From assembly GCF_036321535.1 (NCBI RefSeq), contig NC_087472.1, forward strand, positions 102,736,001-102,800,000: a stretch of 64,000 bases of DNA, written 5' to 3'. This DNA is from Camelus dromedarius (taxonomy: Eukaryota). Positions 23,420-36,009 of this stretch are shown in pieces; position 1 is the stretch's first letter, and each line of letters begins with the position of its first letter. The notes under the pieces were generated by a model. The model ran no database searches. It had not been told where the DNA came from and saw only the letters and a program-made list of their open reading frames with translations. The translations under genes and the position numbers were made by a program.

Positions 23420-23950
23420 TCAAGATAAAATCAAACATTTCTATCCATCAAAAGACACTTTAAATAAAGTATAAAAGGGCAAAATTGAAATAGGTTAGAT
23501 AACTGCCACACATATAATGGATAAAGGATTGGTATCCAATATATATAAAGAGCTTTCACAAATCAATTTCAAAAGGACAAATAACCCAGTGGAAAAATTG
23601 GTAAATAATGCAAATGGTATTTTGTAGAAAAAAGAAACACATATGATCAATAAACATATAAAGAGGTGTTCAACCTCATTAACAATCACACAGATGAAAA
23701 TCCAGGCTAGTTTTCATTCTTTTGTACTTCATATATCACAAATATATGTGACAAAATGACATAACTATGCACACATTTATGACAAGGGAAAGATAAATAC
23801 AATATTTCAAATTATGGGTTTTTTTTGGAGAGGAGGCAGAATTATGGAAGTGGGGAATGATGTGTAGTTATATGTAAGTTATTTGTAATGTTTTAGGTTT
23901 TTGATTTGTTAGTGGGTTCATTGTGTTTATCATGTTATTTAATAAAAAAA
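23420..23950 (+). mobile_element. Old L1 (L1ME-like) ORF2 end and 3'UTR fragments
   Basis: catcaaaagacac...gataaaggattggtatccaatatatataaagagct...aaacatataaagaggtgttcaacctcatta. Confidence 0.8.
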
Positions 23951-24159
23951 TAGATGATAGCCAGCTAGCTAGCTAGATAGCAAGTTATATTTGGGTCAAA
24001 AATGTTGGTAGCTGAATTAAGTGGTTATAAGCCAAAGAGAGTAATTTCAATTCTATGCAACTGAGGTCCTTAAAAAGTGACGTGGGGTGGGTAGTAAAGC
24101 CATTATTAAAGAAATTTCAAAAGCTTGCAGTGGTAGAAGGCTTGCAGCTACAAGAATTT

Positions 24160-24495
24160 ACATTAGTCAGGATGGAGAAGGATATGCTATAATAACAAAT
24201 AAACCCCAAGCCCCTAAATCCCAGTGATGTACTGTGATGTACTACAATGAAGGATTATTCCTCATGTACACAATATGCCCATCCTGTAGCTGTGCTATCT
24301 AAAATACTCTGCTCAGTTGATATAGTAAGGGGAGAAAGTGCTGGAAGGTCTCAAACACAATTAAATGCTTCAGTTTGAAAGTGACCCACCTGATTTATGC
24401 TCCCAGCCCATAATTACAACTAGTCTTATGACCTTGATTGGCTGCCCAGAAGGAGAGAGGAACTAAATTGATGTAAGCTCTAGAAGTCTTACTAC
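24160..24495 (-). mobile_element. Old MaLR LTR (MLT1J/K/L-like)
   Basis: attagtcaggat...tatgctataataacaaataaacccc...aattaaatgcttcagtttgaaagtgac. Confidence 0.6.
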
Positions 24496-25574
24496 GGAGC
24501 TATTTTCAACAGAGACACAACTGCAATGCTTTCACATCTCGATGACAAAGTATGACAGACTAGTGTAGGCAGCCTGTTCTCTACTACTGTATAGAACGGC
24601 TTCCATGCATTGAGGGTTCCTGGGAACCTAGCTTAGCTGTGTTTTCTGGAGAGTTGTAAACTTTGGATGTTTATTCAACATACCTTCAGGGATTCCCAGG
24701 AGACTTGGGCTAGGCATTGAAATGAAGATGATGAAGATCCTACATTGGCCTCTAGAAGGAAGAATCAGAGACAATTAAGGATTATTACTATTAACATGCA
24801 CACATTTGCATCATGAGCAAGTAAAGCTCAACCAAACACCTGTTATGTTCAGAACATGCAATGGGTGCTGTTCCCTTTGGCTCACATTTCTCTCATCATT
24901 TGTCCCAGAAATAAATGGGAAATCAGAGCTACCTTTGAAGTCACCAGAGTATGTGTGCAATCCTTGAAAGTTTCACAGGGCTAGTTTGGAGGGATGCTTT
25001 CATTTTTTCAAGAATCCTCTGACACTTTAGCAGTTGTGATACTCTTTCCTTTAAGCATTCTTAGAGTAGGACATAAGTTATAAAGTGTATTTTGGCACCA
25101 GGCTCCCACCGTCAAAAGCTCCTGTGGGAAGTATTTATTTGGCTTCTCTCTGGGTGTACTGCTAGAAAAGTCTCATTCATCAGTTCTCTCCCTGCCTCTT
25201 TGGCAACTGGCTCCTGGGCAGGGTTTAAGCTCTTCTCACACGTGAGCCAGCTCAGAACACAGACAGTAAAACAGATTCCTCAGTACTGATGACCTCATGG
25301 GAATCTTTTGCAGCTTAACCCCCTAGAGTCATCCCAATATAGGCCAGCCCCTCTTTCTGTCTCCCTTCCTGCAGACTCTGGGGTTCCTTTTTATTGTGGC
25401 CACAGCATAGTCTGCATTGAGAAGTCTGCAGGGTGAGAGGCTGTTTCCCAGATCTCTTTCAGGAAAATGCAAGAATTTAACTACCTCATAAAGGATATAT
25501 GGCCGGTCACTTCGGGAAAAGAGAGCATGGATAAAGCAAAGAGGAAATATTAGGAAATTTCAAGAATTGATATT

Positions 25575-25620
25575 CTATCAGTCAGTTTTCATTCAGAGAA
25601 GCAGAACCAATAAGAGATTT

Positions 25621-25668
<48 letters not shown>

Positions 25669-26280
25669 TGTGTGTATATATATAAATTTATGTATATGTA
25701 ACATACATTTATATTTGTGCATAGAAACACAAAAATATGTTTGTATAAAACATATATATTTAAGGGATGTATTACAGAAGTTTGACTTGATATAATCACG
25801 TCAGCTAGTTAGGCAGTCTCTGTAAGGCTGCTGTTTTTACCTCTGATGCTGAAGCTTGAAGTCTGTAGGGCGAGCATTTGGGAAGGAGGCATGGATGTTA
25901 GGGAGACCACAGGCCTGAGGTGGAACCCCACGAGGACTGACGGAATCCCATGTCAGTTCCGGATGCCCCAGACCTTGGTGGTGCGGGTATCCTCCAGAAG
26001 CCAGGGCCCTTGTCAATGGAGCTAAACACACACACCGGGCCAGAAGTCAGAGGTGCTGCAGGCAGATCCAGGAGAAGGTGAGCGGCAGCAGCCAATGAAG
26101 TGAGTTAGCTGGTCAGAGATAATGTGTGTGAGCTAAAAAAAAGGCTAGTGCCTCTCTCCTGCCCTCCAACTCTCCTCAAGAGTTTCTCTCATGGCTCACC
26201 TTAACCAGAAACACGCAGGGAAGGGAAGTCTGGAAATGTCGTTCAGCCTAGCCAGGCTGACATATTCCCATGCCACCACA
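25575..26280 (-). mobile_element. ERVL LTR (LTR50-like) with internal (TA)n(CA)n microsatellite
   Basis: Reverse strand starts tgtggtggc...cctggctaggctgaacgacatttccagacttcccttccctgcgtgtttctggtt; microsatellite at 25621-25666. Confidence 0.75.
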
Positions 26281-26554
26281 AATGTATTCCCTGATAGGAA
26301 ATCTCTGGCTGTATTGCTGAAAGGCACCAGAAGCAACCATGCCTAGGGGGGCTCTCTTTAATTCTCCCTGGAAGATCTCAGAAAACATCCTTGAGCTTCT
26401 GGATCACCTAGGCTTTTTCCTTTATAGGCTTATACTCTCAAGCCAGAAAGTATGGTTAGAACTCTACAAGAGGGTCTTCCGATGCTTAGAACTGGTGACT
26501 CGCTTCTAGGTGACCCCCTGCACACATAAGGAAGACCACCTTTAGTTCAGAGTA

Positions 26555-27260
26555 GTTCAGCTAACACCCATTGAGCTTGGTTTTGTGCCAGGCACTGTGC
26601 TGGGTACTGAAGGAGATGATGAGGAACCTTCTGTCCAGTGGGGGAAGGTACTCACAAATAGAAATCGTTGTGAGATGTGGTCAATGCTCAGGTAAAAGAA
26701 TGAAGGGTGTACAATGGAAGTGTGGAGAAGGGGCACCCCAGGGTTTGACATGTGGGTTTTAAAGGATGAGTAGGAGTTAGCTAGGCAGAGAAAGGTGCAA
26801 GGTGCATAGCAGACTGGGAGATACAATAGGGAAGTAAAATCTGCCATCCCACAATGTGTCTCTTTGGCATGAGGATCATTTTAGGCTGGTTATTTTTAAC
26901 AAACAGAAGACTTAGGAAGTTTTTCTTTTTACCTCCTCCTTAACTGCCTAAAATAATTTAGACAGAGGGGTGGGAGGGCCTGGTCTAGGAAGAGAGCTGT
27001 CACTAGAGATAATGACAAAGAACATGGGCAAGGTGTGGTAAGCTGAGGGGAGAGGAAAAAATTTTCCTCTCCTATAATGTCATAAGCAAAGGCCCTGAGG
27101 TTTGAGTAAATAGGTATATGATGGAAATTTTTAGAAATTAAAGTATTATAAGAGCATAAAGTGGAGAACAGGGAGTGGCAGAGGATAAAGCCATGTCATG
27201 GGAACTGCATCTGCTATACTAAGGAGCGTGAACTTTATTCTTTGGAGACATCAAAGGGCT
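26555..27260 (-). mobile_element. L2 fragment interrupted by an LTR
   Basis: tgtgccaggcactgtgctgggtactg...aaaggatgagtaggagttagctaggcagag; resumes gcaaaggccctgagg at about 27085. Confidence 0.8.
26827..27076 (+). mobile_element. MER34-related solo LTR, internally deleted
   Basis: atgtgtctctttggcatgaggatcattttaggctggttattttt joined directly to the 3' end gagaggaaaaaattttcctctcctata. Confidence 0.75.
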
Positions 27261-27269
27261 ATACCTATC

Positions 27270-27500
27270 TCAGTGATACATTCAACAGAAAATCCTATCA
27301 TAGCTTACACAGAAGCAAAGTCTATTGGTTTTCTGCAACAAAAGCCTCAAGGAGGGAAACCTTTGTTTTTTATGGCGGTCAAATCATGTTTCCAGGATTT
27401 GGGCTATTTTATTTGCCTTCTCTGAAATCCTGAGTGTCATTTTATTGTCTAAGGATGGCTGCTGCTATACCTCCAGGGTCCAGATCCACACGCATGTTCC
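27270..27500 (-). mobile_element. Possible old MLT1 fragment
   Basis: atagcttacacagaagcaaagtctattgg...aaggatggctgctgctatacctccaggg. Confidence 0.4.
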
Positions 27501-27679
27501 CATCCGCGGGGCTTCTGGCTGTACCTCGCTGGCCATGGCGTATCCCTGGATCCCTAATGCTTACTGGCGCGCTCTTTCTCTTGCTGCACCATAGCTTTCA
27601 CCTTGAAGTAAAAGCCTTATGTGACTGCTCTGTGCAGCCTGGTGAGTCCTTTCAAGTATCTGAAGTTGGGGAATATTTG

Positions 27680-28092
27680 CAAAATCTGAAGTCCTTCCCA
27701 TGGCTCCAACAGCCTTCATGATCTGGCTACCTGTTACCTCTGACTCCATCTCCTCCTACTTCATCTCCCCTTCTCATCCTGCTCCGGTCACCTCGGCACC
27801 CTTCTTGTACCGAACCGTGCCCAACTCATGCTCCAGACTCATGTCGTGGCATTTTCTGTTCCCTCTGCCTAGAATGCTCTCCCTTAGATATCTACTAGGC
27901 TCCATTCTGGAAAGTCAGAAAGACCCTTCCAGATAGGACCTTCTAAAATGTAACCTTGCCCTGTTACTTTTGATTCCTTTGCCTTTTCTTCCCTGTCTCC
28001 CCAGACTAGAATATAAGCTGTGCAAGAGAAGAGATTTGCTTACACCTAGAGCATTGCCTGGCACTAACAGATGCTCACTAAATGACTGTGAA
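27680..28092 (+). mobile_element. L2 3' fragment
   Basis: aagtccttcccatggctccaacagccttcatgatctggc...gttccctctgcctagaatgctct...actagaatataagctg...tgcctggcactaacagatgctcactaaat. Confidence 0.85.
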
Positions 28093-29333
28093 GGGATAAC
28101 CAAATACATCAAGAGGAAAGTGCAGGTTCAGCTCAAGAAGGAGAGGCAAACCGCCCTTTTGTTACCCAGGAAAGACTTCAAGAGAAAAGCAGGAGGTACC
28201 AGAGTTGGGTGAAAAGGAAACGTGGTACCAGCCAGCAAGGGGAGGGGATGGCTCAACACTCTGACATATTGAACATCCCCTAAGGAGAACAGTAAACCAA
28301 ACTTAGATTGGTAAACCAAACTTTATGTTGAATGTAAGCTGAGAGGTTGAATCAACTCCTGATTGGGGTTTTCTTGGATTTATCAAACACCTCAGTGTAT
28401 TTTTAATTAGTCTGAAATGTTGCTAATGATGTGTGTGTGTGTTTCATTGGCTTTTCTCAGATAGAACATTAGATTTAATTATAAACTTGGTCTTTCCTTT
28501 AAAATAACCCTTATCCATGTAGCCTGAAAATTGATTTTGTGATGGAGGTCTGTGCTGAAAATGTGAATGGAGAAACTTAGATCACTGTTGTTCACAAAGG
28601 GACCTTTTCTCATGTTATTCTAGGAGGGAAGCGTGTGTGTGTGTGGGGGGGGATAGAGAGGAGGAATATGTCAAGAATGAAGAGTATAAAACATATAAAA
28701 GCAGATAAAATTTACAACTTTATAAAAAGGAGGTTTTTCCCCCCTCACTATAAAATATCAGGTCCATTTCAACAGGACAGAATCCATGCAAGATTGTAAA
28801 ATAGTTTACTTCCTGGTTCCCAGAGCTCTGAAAGTGACCTGATAAGGTCAGATGAGGAATAAAAGAAGTTAATAAAGTCATTTCCAGCAAACGTTAGGCA
28901 TCTCTTGGGATGTTTTGCTCTATTTTGCTTGGAAAGAAATATTTTAATTTTGCTTCTTTGCTTATTCATTTACACTTATTTATTTGTCTTTAAATTGATA
29001 ATATACACACATGGTGGAAAATTCAAAATGTACCAAATAGTAGAATGAAAAAGCAGACTCCACCCTACCACGGCCCCCCCACTGCCACAAACACACTTCC
29101 CTCCCTGGAGACAATCCTTATGACCCCATATACATGCACTGCTGAACCTCGCTCGCTTTTTTCACTTAATTTATTTGGAGATAATTCTATATCAGAACAT
29201 ATAATAGAATTGTGTCTTTTTTTTTTTTAAGGATTGCATACTGGGATTATGAATTTTAATACAGAAGTGTTTTCTTTCCTTCCCTCAGAAAGAAATCAAT
29301 GCTTAGCTTGGGAGCCTTCTAAACTCCTAGAAA

Positions 29334-29566
29334 TAAGCTTGCCAGATAAAATGCAGGATACCCAGTTAAACTTGAATTTCAGATAAAGAATGAATATGTT
29401 TTAGTACAAGTATGTGCCATGCAGTATTTGGGAAATATACAAAAAATTATTTGTTTATCTGAAATTCACTGGGATATACTTATACTAAGCAATGATTCAT
29501 GGTTTATCTGAAATTCAAGTTTAATTGGGCATCATATATTTTAATTTGCTAAATCTAGCAACCCTA
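29334..29566. mobile_element. MER53 palindromic hAT MITE with a duplicated arm
   Basis: ttgccagataaaatgcaggatacccagttaaacttgaatttcagataaa...aaatctagcaacccta; 8-bp TSD cctagaaa (29326-29333) / tctagaaa (29567-29574). Confidence 0.92.
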
Positions 29567-30624
29567 TCTAGAAATCACTCATGTATCCATTTGTGAATAG
29601 AGCTGATCTTAACTTCAAACTCCACAATGATGAGTTAGTGTTTGTTGGAGCAGAAAAATATTGCTTATTAAATATCATGGTTATAAAAACAATCTCAAAC
29701 TTCAGGCTTCAATGTTTCTTTTAATTACTTCTCATAATCCACAAGAAATGCAATGCCTTCCTCAAGTGTTTGAGACAATGCTTTGAAGTAACATGATTTA
29801 GCATACTGTCTTCAGTATTAAAAAACTATAATGTAGTTAAAGTGTATCTCAAACATTATAATCATAAAGCTGAACCTTGAGATGAATTAAATTTCAGGGG
29901 AATTTTACTTGTATTGCTTACATGACATTTTTTCAAAATGAAATATTGCTTTTGAAAAACTTAAATCAGACTGTAATTAAGCCACATAAAATGTCTTACT
30001 GAAAATTAAATATAGATCTTGTAAAATTCAGATTTTGCTTTCTTATGAAGCCTTTTAGGGACCTAAAAATCAGTGTGTTGTGATTCATAATGGACCACAT
30101 TTAATTTGTTTTCCTAAGACTCAAATAGATGCACAATCTTCCTTAATGTCACCAGCTCTGGCTTCTCATTTTATTGATGCTTTCAAGTTTTCTCCCAAGG
30201 CATCCTCTACACTAGTCCACTATTCCTTCTCATCGAAATCTAATAACACCCCAGTGATTTCCATCCAACTTGGAAGCAGTGACCGTTCTGCAGCCCAGGA
30301 ATGCCTTTTGGAATGAACGTGGAGCTTACAGGTGTATGCTTGCCCTTGGTGTGTGTGCTGCTGATGGGAATTTATTTCTCTCCATCTTAATAGAAAAAAG
30401 TTCCCAAGGATCTTGGAAGGTACTGTCCAACTTTGGAAACCACCACATTTTGAAGAAAAGTGTCCTTTAAAAATTTTTACTTATGGTTTTCAACAAAAGG
30501 GGTGTGTACCACTTGGCCAGTCCTAGTCCAAAAAGGGAGGAGTGCCCTTGTTTTCTCCACATCAATGTTTCCTTCTAGCGTTAAAACTCGAGGAGTGAGT
30601 TAATGATGTGCATGCTTAAGTATT

Positions 30625-30836
30625 GGGGGGAAATGGAGTGCTGTCTGCAGTTTCCTCTGAAATGAATCACAAAAGAAAACAAGATAGATCAATGGATGGA
30701 GAGGTATGTACTAGAGCAATTAGAGCATAATAGTAATGGTTGAATCGAGGTGGTAGGTAAACAGTTGTTCACTGTAATATTCTTTCAACATTTTTGGATG
30801 TTTGACATTTTTCATAATAAAATGTTGAGGGAAAAA
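30625..30836 (+). mobile_element. L1ME 3' end
   Basis: gttcactgtaatattctttcaacatttttggatgtttgacatttttcataataaaatgttg. Confidence 0.8.
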
Positions 30837-30902
30837 TGCGAGGAGGGTGAGCTAAAGCACTAGAGAGACACGTCCACTTGGACATGTAACACGTATTTAT
30901 AC

Positions 30903-31420
30903 TCTAGGGGAGGAAAAATCATTTCCCTCCACCCTTCTAGGTTCTTGGCTGAGACTCCCTGCAATAAAACATGGGTGAACAGGAGAAAAACAAACAGAAG
31001 TTTAATACCATGTGTACCTCCTGTGTACATGGGAGAGACCCAGGAAAACTGAGTAACTCCCCCAAATGGCCCAAGACACCACTTTGAATACCCATTCCAG
31101 CTAAGATTTTGGGGTGGGGAGTGGGTTACGGGAGGGGACCAGGAAAAGCACAATGAACAAGGGTTGTGATGTGGATTTAAGTCCATACCATCTCTACTGA
31201 CAAGATTTCCTAGAGACTTAGTCTTCCTCTTCCTGGTACAGGGAAGACCTTTAGAAATGGAAGATTTCCCTTATAAACATAAATGTCTCTTACAAAAGGG
31301 TAACTTCTACTCCGTTTTCAGAGCTTTTCCTATGTTTGTTGTTTCTTAAAAATAATCAGCTTAAAATAGTCCTTATGCCAATGAGGCCTACTTTGGGCTG
31401 GCAAATTCTGCTCCCCTTCA
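30903..31420 (-). mobile_element. MER34-related ERV1 solo LTR
   Basis: Antisense of the element at 21947/33403; ends ctgctccccttca; near-TSD atac/acac. Confidence 0.85.
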
Positions 31421-31424
31421 ACAC

Positions 31425-31590
31425 AGAGCTACCTTGGGCCAGCTACTTCACCTCTCTGTGCTTTAGTTTTGTCATTTGTACAAGCCTACTGCATAGGGTC
31501 ACCGATTCCATGACAAAATCTCCACAGAATACTTACCACAGTGCCCAGTTCATGATGGTCAGTAAATACTAGCTGCAGTGATGATGATGA
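31425..31590 (+). mobile_element. MIR
   Basis: accttgggccagctacttcacctctctgtgctttagttttgtcatttgtaca...cacagtgcccag...tcagtaaatactagct. Confidence 0.75.
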
Positions 31591-31671
31591 TGATGACGGT
31601 GATGAGATGATGGGAGGCTGATCTATGCGATGCGTCCTGGCCCAAGAGGAAGATAAAAATGCATCAGGGAG

Positions 31672-31800
31672 TGGGGAGGATGGAGCGCTTGCTTAGCATG
31701 CGCAAGGTCCTGGGTTCAATCCTCAGTATCTCCATTTAAAAAAATTAAATAAATAAACCTAATTACCCCCCCCCAAAAAAAAACCTGAAAAAAAAAAAAA
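31672..31800 (+). mobile_element. vic-1-like SINE (A-box region deleted) inserted in an antisense L2
   Basis: cttagcatgcgcaaggtcctgggttcaatcc...aaataaacctaattacccc plus A tail; flanked by catcaggga repeats. Confidence 0.88.
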
Positions 31801-33402
31801 CCATCAGGGAAAGCTTTCCAAATAAGGTGACTTGACCTTGCTCTTGAAGAATGTGATGGAAATTCATTAATGGAGAGAGGTTCAGCATAAGAAGTAAATG
31901 AAAAAAAAAAAAAAAGATAGCAATGACAATAAAAGAATGAATAGAACACAGAAGCAAGACATGCACGGAGTCATGGAGGAGGCTGGCCTGGCTGGTCTTT
32001 GGAAAGTAGGACTAGAATTTATTAATTCATTTGAAACTAAAATAGTTGTCATATCTCTCATAACATTAGATTCAAAGGCTCAAACTCGGTAATAAAAAAA
32101 AAAAACACCCAAATGTCACTGGAAACCGCTTTGGTTTTTGAAGCCAAAATGTGGTACTCAAATGAGTTCTTCCTTTGTTACGAGCCCTGGGATAAGAAGA
32201 AAGAAAATAACAATTAAACAGAAAAATAGACCTATGCTGGGTGGAATTCAGTTTCATGATTTATAACCAGTTTGAATGCTCAGATTTTTCCATGTTTTTA
32301 AAATTTCCGTTTAAAAAATTCATTTCTCTGCACCCTTTCACCCGCATCCTTCCCTTCCCCCGACTTCTACTGCTTACAGTTAATAGGTACCAAAGCAAGG
32401 CGTCCCTTCTTGTCTAGGGTAGAATGCCCTTTCCTTCTGCAGAGAGGAGCTTTTTTTTTTTTTTTTTTTCCTAATCTCTGTGATGTCTTGAAATCATTGG
32501 CTGTAGGAAGGGCTGACAGAGATGCCCGAGTACACGACTTATGGGCAGAGAGGCCTGGTAATTCCTTGAAGCCTTGTCCCCTCCCTCCTCCTGGAATGGC
32601 TCTGGGCTGGGACTGGCAGGAGCTGGCATTGCTCGGAGTGCTGCACCAACTCCATGCTGCCCAAGCCAGACTCCATTCACCATTTAAACAACAGTATGCA
32701 ATCTGGAAATCTAATTTCCATTTGAGGCTAATCCTCTAAAATCCAAATATTGTAACAGATCCTGAAAACAAGATTCCTTCGCTTTTAGAAAATACACAAG
32801 TTGATTTTCTTGAAACCTTTTGCAGCTCAGCATACCTGACTAGATTTCTGTGTTTGCTGGCCTGTTATTACAATGGGAGCTTCGTCAGCGTTTCTTCTGG
32901 GGTCTTTCCGGCAAGGTATGTTTATTTATCTCGTGCAGGTGGAGAGCGTGACTCTCCTGGGTCTTTGAATACTCAGTTTTATAATGAAGTGCAAAGCTTT
33001 ATCCTTTTTTTTTTTTCTTTGAAGTTTGGTAAACATAACCTTCAGCTTCTTACACAATAGGCCTAAGCAAAAAGAAAAGCAGAAAGAAAGTAGGAAGAAA
33101 TGCTTTCTTCTAGCATATTAAGAGGGGCATTCTATCTATATGTATATATATTTTTTGGCCTGCCTGGATTAATGGTAAGATCTAGATGGACCCAGAGAAA
33201 GAACAAAGGCTACTATTGTTCCAGAGAATTGAAAAAGTGCTTGGTGCTAGAGTCAAAATCCTTTCTAGCAATTGTATCTTTCAAAAAGTCTACACTGCAT
33301 TACTAAACAGGATAAATAGTGGGAATTTACTCTGTTTTCTCATGACACATCCCTTAACATATTTGGACTGACCAGCCCACTAAGGGGCAGTCTTAGGTCC
33401 TC

Positions 33403-34285
33403 TAAAGGGGAGCAAAATATGCCCCCCCAAATATCCCTCTTTGACAGAAGGATTATCTTGAGCTGGTTATTTTTAAGAAACAGCAGACATAGGAAAAGCC
33501 TTGAAAACTGTTATGCTGTGGTTTCTTTCGTGTTACGAGTCCTACTCATCCTGTGTGAAACTTGCAGAATTTGAGTTACATTAAGCTACGCTCTGTGGTT
33601 CAAAATGGAGTCACAGTGGCCAATGTAAACTTCCATGTGAGTTGTTTTGAAACATCCGCTGTAGGACTGTGAGTGTCTTAGACTGATAAACTAAGAGTGG
33701 CAACTTTAGATGAGAAATTTGTTTGCCAGTGTACATCACTGGAACGGAGGGAGCAACCGATAGAGCCAAGACCCTCTCCCCTGGGGTAACAGTTACTCCT
33801 TAAAAAGAGACCACTGAGCCCAGTGACTTGACGGCCCTTTGCTGGAGGACCCAACTCCACACTGCTGAGAGCTGTTCCAGAGGGACCTGCTGGAGGCCTG
33901 ATTGGTGCAGAGGGTGACTTCCCACTCTGTTGCCAGACCAGAGGCCTCCTTCCCAGGCTTCTCCTTGGAGTGGTTTGTTACCCACTTTTCTAGTTTCCCT
34001 AGTTTGACTAACCTGTGCTGTGTGCTAGTTGTATGCAATAAACCGAGTGATTTGTGAATTGAAGATAGGCCACATTTTGTATATCTCCAAGGCTATGGCT
34101 CTTCCCTGGCCTTACCCTGCAACAAGCAATTGAGAAGTGACCCTTTTGTTATAGATATTGGCATTTATAAGAGAAATCTCCATTTGCAACAGTGTCTCCC
34201 TCTCTGTCCCGGGAAGGGGATGACTAAATCTCTAGACACTCTTAGCAATGGAGAAGGCTCTGCTTTATGTGCAACCCAGGCCAAG
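33403..34285 (+). mobile_element. MER34-related LTR (5' half) split by a second LTR
   Basis: ggagcaaaatatgccccc...ggattatcttgagctggttatttttaagaaacagcagac (33403-33508) resumes gagaagtgacccttttgtt at about 34130. Confidence 0.8.
33509..34123 (+). mobile_element. Nested solo LTR, family not determined
   Basis: tgttatg...gcaaca termini, caaaatggagtcac motif, AATAAA at 34038. Confidence 0.7.
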
Positions 34286-35444
34286 ACACTTGGCAGGGAC
34301 CACCCCCCACCCCACTGGTGACCTAAACTTTGGAGCTTCTCATTTGGGCATTTCTTTCCAAAGCATTACATGTCCTTGCTGGCTGGGCTTGCTTTGTCCA
34401 TTTTGGAGTTAACTGGGGTGATGTAATTCAATAAATTTTTCTATATTGAAAATAAGGAGACCTAGTTTAAGTATAAGATAATCACCAAAGACAAACTTGA
34501 ACATTTTTCAGTAAATTCTACAGCCAAGCTGGAAAAAATGAACTAATTGTGGTTCTTACGTAGGCATAATGTCCCTAATTTGCATACACACATGAGTATG
34601 CAATTACACACATACATACACGGCTGTAAATTCAAAGGGGAACACATATCAGAATGTTAGAATAAACTCACTGCAGGCAATCAAAGGATTATAAAGTAGT
34701 ATGAAGGACCAGGGACCCGAGAGATAGGTAAATAAAACACGCATTCATATTCATTTTAAAGAGGCTACTTGTGTGAATAGGGATAATATATTGAGAGAAG
34801 CTTAATTAACTAAGGCTTTGAAGTAGCAGAGAGATTTAATGAATGTTTTGGCATACTTAGAATTGATGGAGGAAGTCTTCTCATGAAAATTTCTTGGGAA
34901 ATCATAGTATATCCTTAACAATGAAAAGAAGCATGTAATGATTGAGATTCTCAGTGCAATTTATTGAGTAACACCACATGGGGGCTCTGAAAGAAATATC
35001 ATCTCTGACAATAAATATATTTTGTCATTTCCAAAAATTTCTTGGAACTGGGGTTCTTGCCCTCAGTCTACCACAACCTTAATGGAAGAGATGAGATAGG
35101 TAAATAGTTAACCAAAAAAATGCAGCAATGATTACATTTAATTTGAAATCACTTACATTAATGACAAAAGTGAGTTAGAGACAGTTACTAAGAAAAAATG
35201 GTTGGATGATGAGAGTGTAGGTAAGTTCCTATGTGAATAATACTAAGTTTGAGTAAAATTAGGGGTAAGTTTCCTACAAAACAAAGTAGATGAGATCTAG
35301 TTTTGAATTTTATATCTTCTTACAAAGATTGGTCAATAAGAGCAAGACTTTTTGTTTTCTTAATAACCAGAGGAAGGAAACAGAACTACATACTAAGTAA
35401 AGACCTTTTCATAAGGACCCAATACTCATCTTCATTTAAATATT

Positions 35445-35720
35445 TCTCCCAGTGTCAAATCCTATAGTGGTTCTGCATTACATTCAGGATGAAATGTGGA
35501 TTTTTGGCATGGCATAGAATGCCATGGATAATGGGGCCCTGATTATCCTTCATCAGTTCCTCCTTTGACCGCGGCCATGTTGAACATTTAGTGTTTCCCA
35601 AGGGCGCCATGTTCTCTCACTAATCTTGCTTTGAAATGGGCTGTCCTGCTGCCTGGAATCTTCTGTGCCCCTTCTTCTCTTCAGGAACTCTCTTTCATCT
35701 TTCAAGACTCATCTCATGCT
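35445..35720 (+). mobile_element. L2 fragment
   Basis: cattacattcaggatgaaat...ggcatggcatag...ctgctgcctggaatc...tcatctttcaagactca. Confidence 0.7.
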
Positions 35721-36009
35721 ACAGATTTTGGTGAGTTTGGTTTTGAATTTTCTACTGAACTGTTTATTTTACTTTTGATCCATTTTTAAAAAATGAATTA
35801 TTTTTCATTTCCAAGGGGTTGGATGCTTTGGATTTGTTTGAACTTACACTCTTGATTTCTAGTTGTCAAAATGATATTTAAATAAAGATGACATTCTTGT
35901 GATTATTCTAGTTATTTCTCTTTAATTTTGAAACTGCCTATGTAATGAGAATACTTTAAAAAGCATTATTATAAATTATGCATTTACTAAAGTTATAATT
36001 TAGAGAAGT

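Noticed and set aside
27440..27600. Second CpG promoter
   Set aside because: Only a handful of CpGs, partly within a probable MLT1 remnant, with no convincing promoter motifs
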